Below are positions 14,177 to 14,202 of a stretch of 14,202 nucleotides of DNA, in pieces. Numbering within the stretch: the first letter of the stretch is position 1; each line of letters begins with the position of its first letter. The notes under the pieces are model-generated. The model was not told the origin of the DNA, ran no database searches, and saw only the letters and a program-made list of their open reading frames with translations. A program made the translations under genes and the position numbers. This stretch comes from a virus. The stretch lies in the UHGV virus genome UHGV-0304018; one strand, given 5' to 3'.

Positions 14177-14202
14177 GGGTTAAGCTTTTCCCTTAGAAAA
14201 CC

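Larger units (their letters stand above)
13626..14202 (+). repeat. Right copy of the long mosaic direct repeat (partner at 1..672)
   Basis: Same conserved blocks in the same order and orientation as 1..672; about 95 bp shorter because of internal indels. It is not identical, so it is not a circular-assembly overlap. Confidence 0.85.

Noticed and set aside
1-14202. Window-end similarity as a circular-genome assembly overlap or identical terminal repeats
   Set aside because: The two copies differ by point changes, block substitutions and a ~95-nt indel, so they are distinct genomic copies.
14030-14202. tRNA or tmRNA gene in the repeat as an integration target
   Set aside because: The hairpins do not assemble into a cloverleaf with a 7-bp acceptor stem by eye; the 10-bp stem plus T-tract is better explained as a terminator. 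A tRNA-scanning run would be needed to exclude it formally.

Overview
This window reads as one ~13.6-kb unit of a phage-derived element bounded by long mosaic direct repeats (1..672 and 13626..14202), with about 38% of the sequence non-coding. Everything here is from reading the sequence and ORF track by eye; no database search or folding was run, so protein functions are motif-level inferences. Layout, left to right: (i) a ~1.7-kb gene-free region with homopolymer C/G tracts, five iteron-like TTTKACAGGT repeats and palindromes, which looks like an origin or packaging site; (ii) a leftward module encoding a two-TM membrane protein with a Cys-containing extracytoplasmic domain, an 86-aa resolvase-type HTH protein and two possible small hydrophobic peptides; (iii) a rightward capsid operon (head-decoration-like 111 aa, major capsid 350 aa, then three small virion-type genes) driven by a perfect consensus sigma70 promoter through a ~470-nt structured untranslated leader; (iv) a leftward operon of small regulator-like genes, a winged-helix replication-initiator-like protein and a 713-aa tape-measure protein. 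No integrase, large terminase, portal, prohead protease, tail tube or lysis genes are visible. My leading interpretation is a helper-dependent satellite-like or remnant phage element, possibly in tandem with a diverged sibling; a fragment of a larger prophage is the alternative. I did not recognise any named defence system, CRISPR array, tRNA or reverse transcriptase. The most unusual signals are the mosaic end repeats, the long leader on the capsid operon, an 18-nt element duplicated immediately upstream of two leftward start codons, a 48-aa strongly acidic ORF, and the orphan capsid and tape-measure genes.
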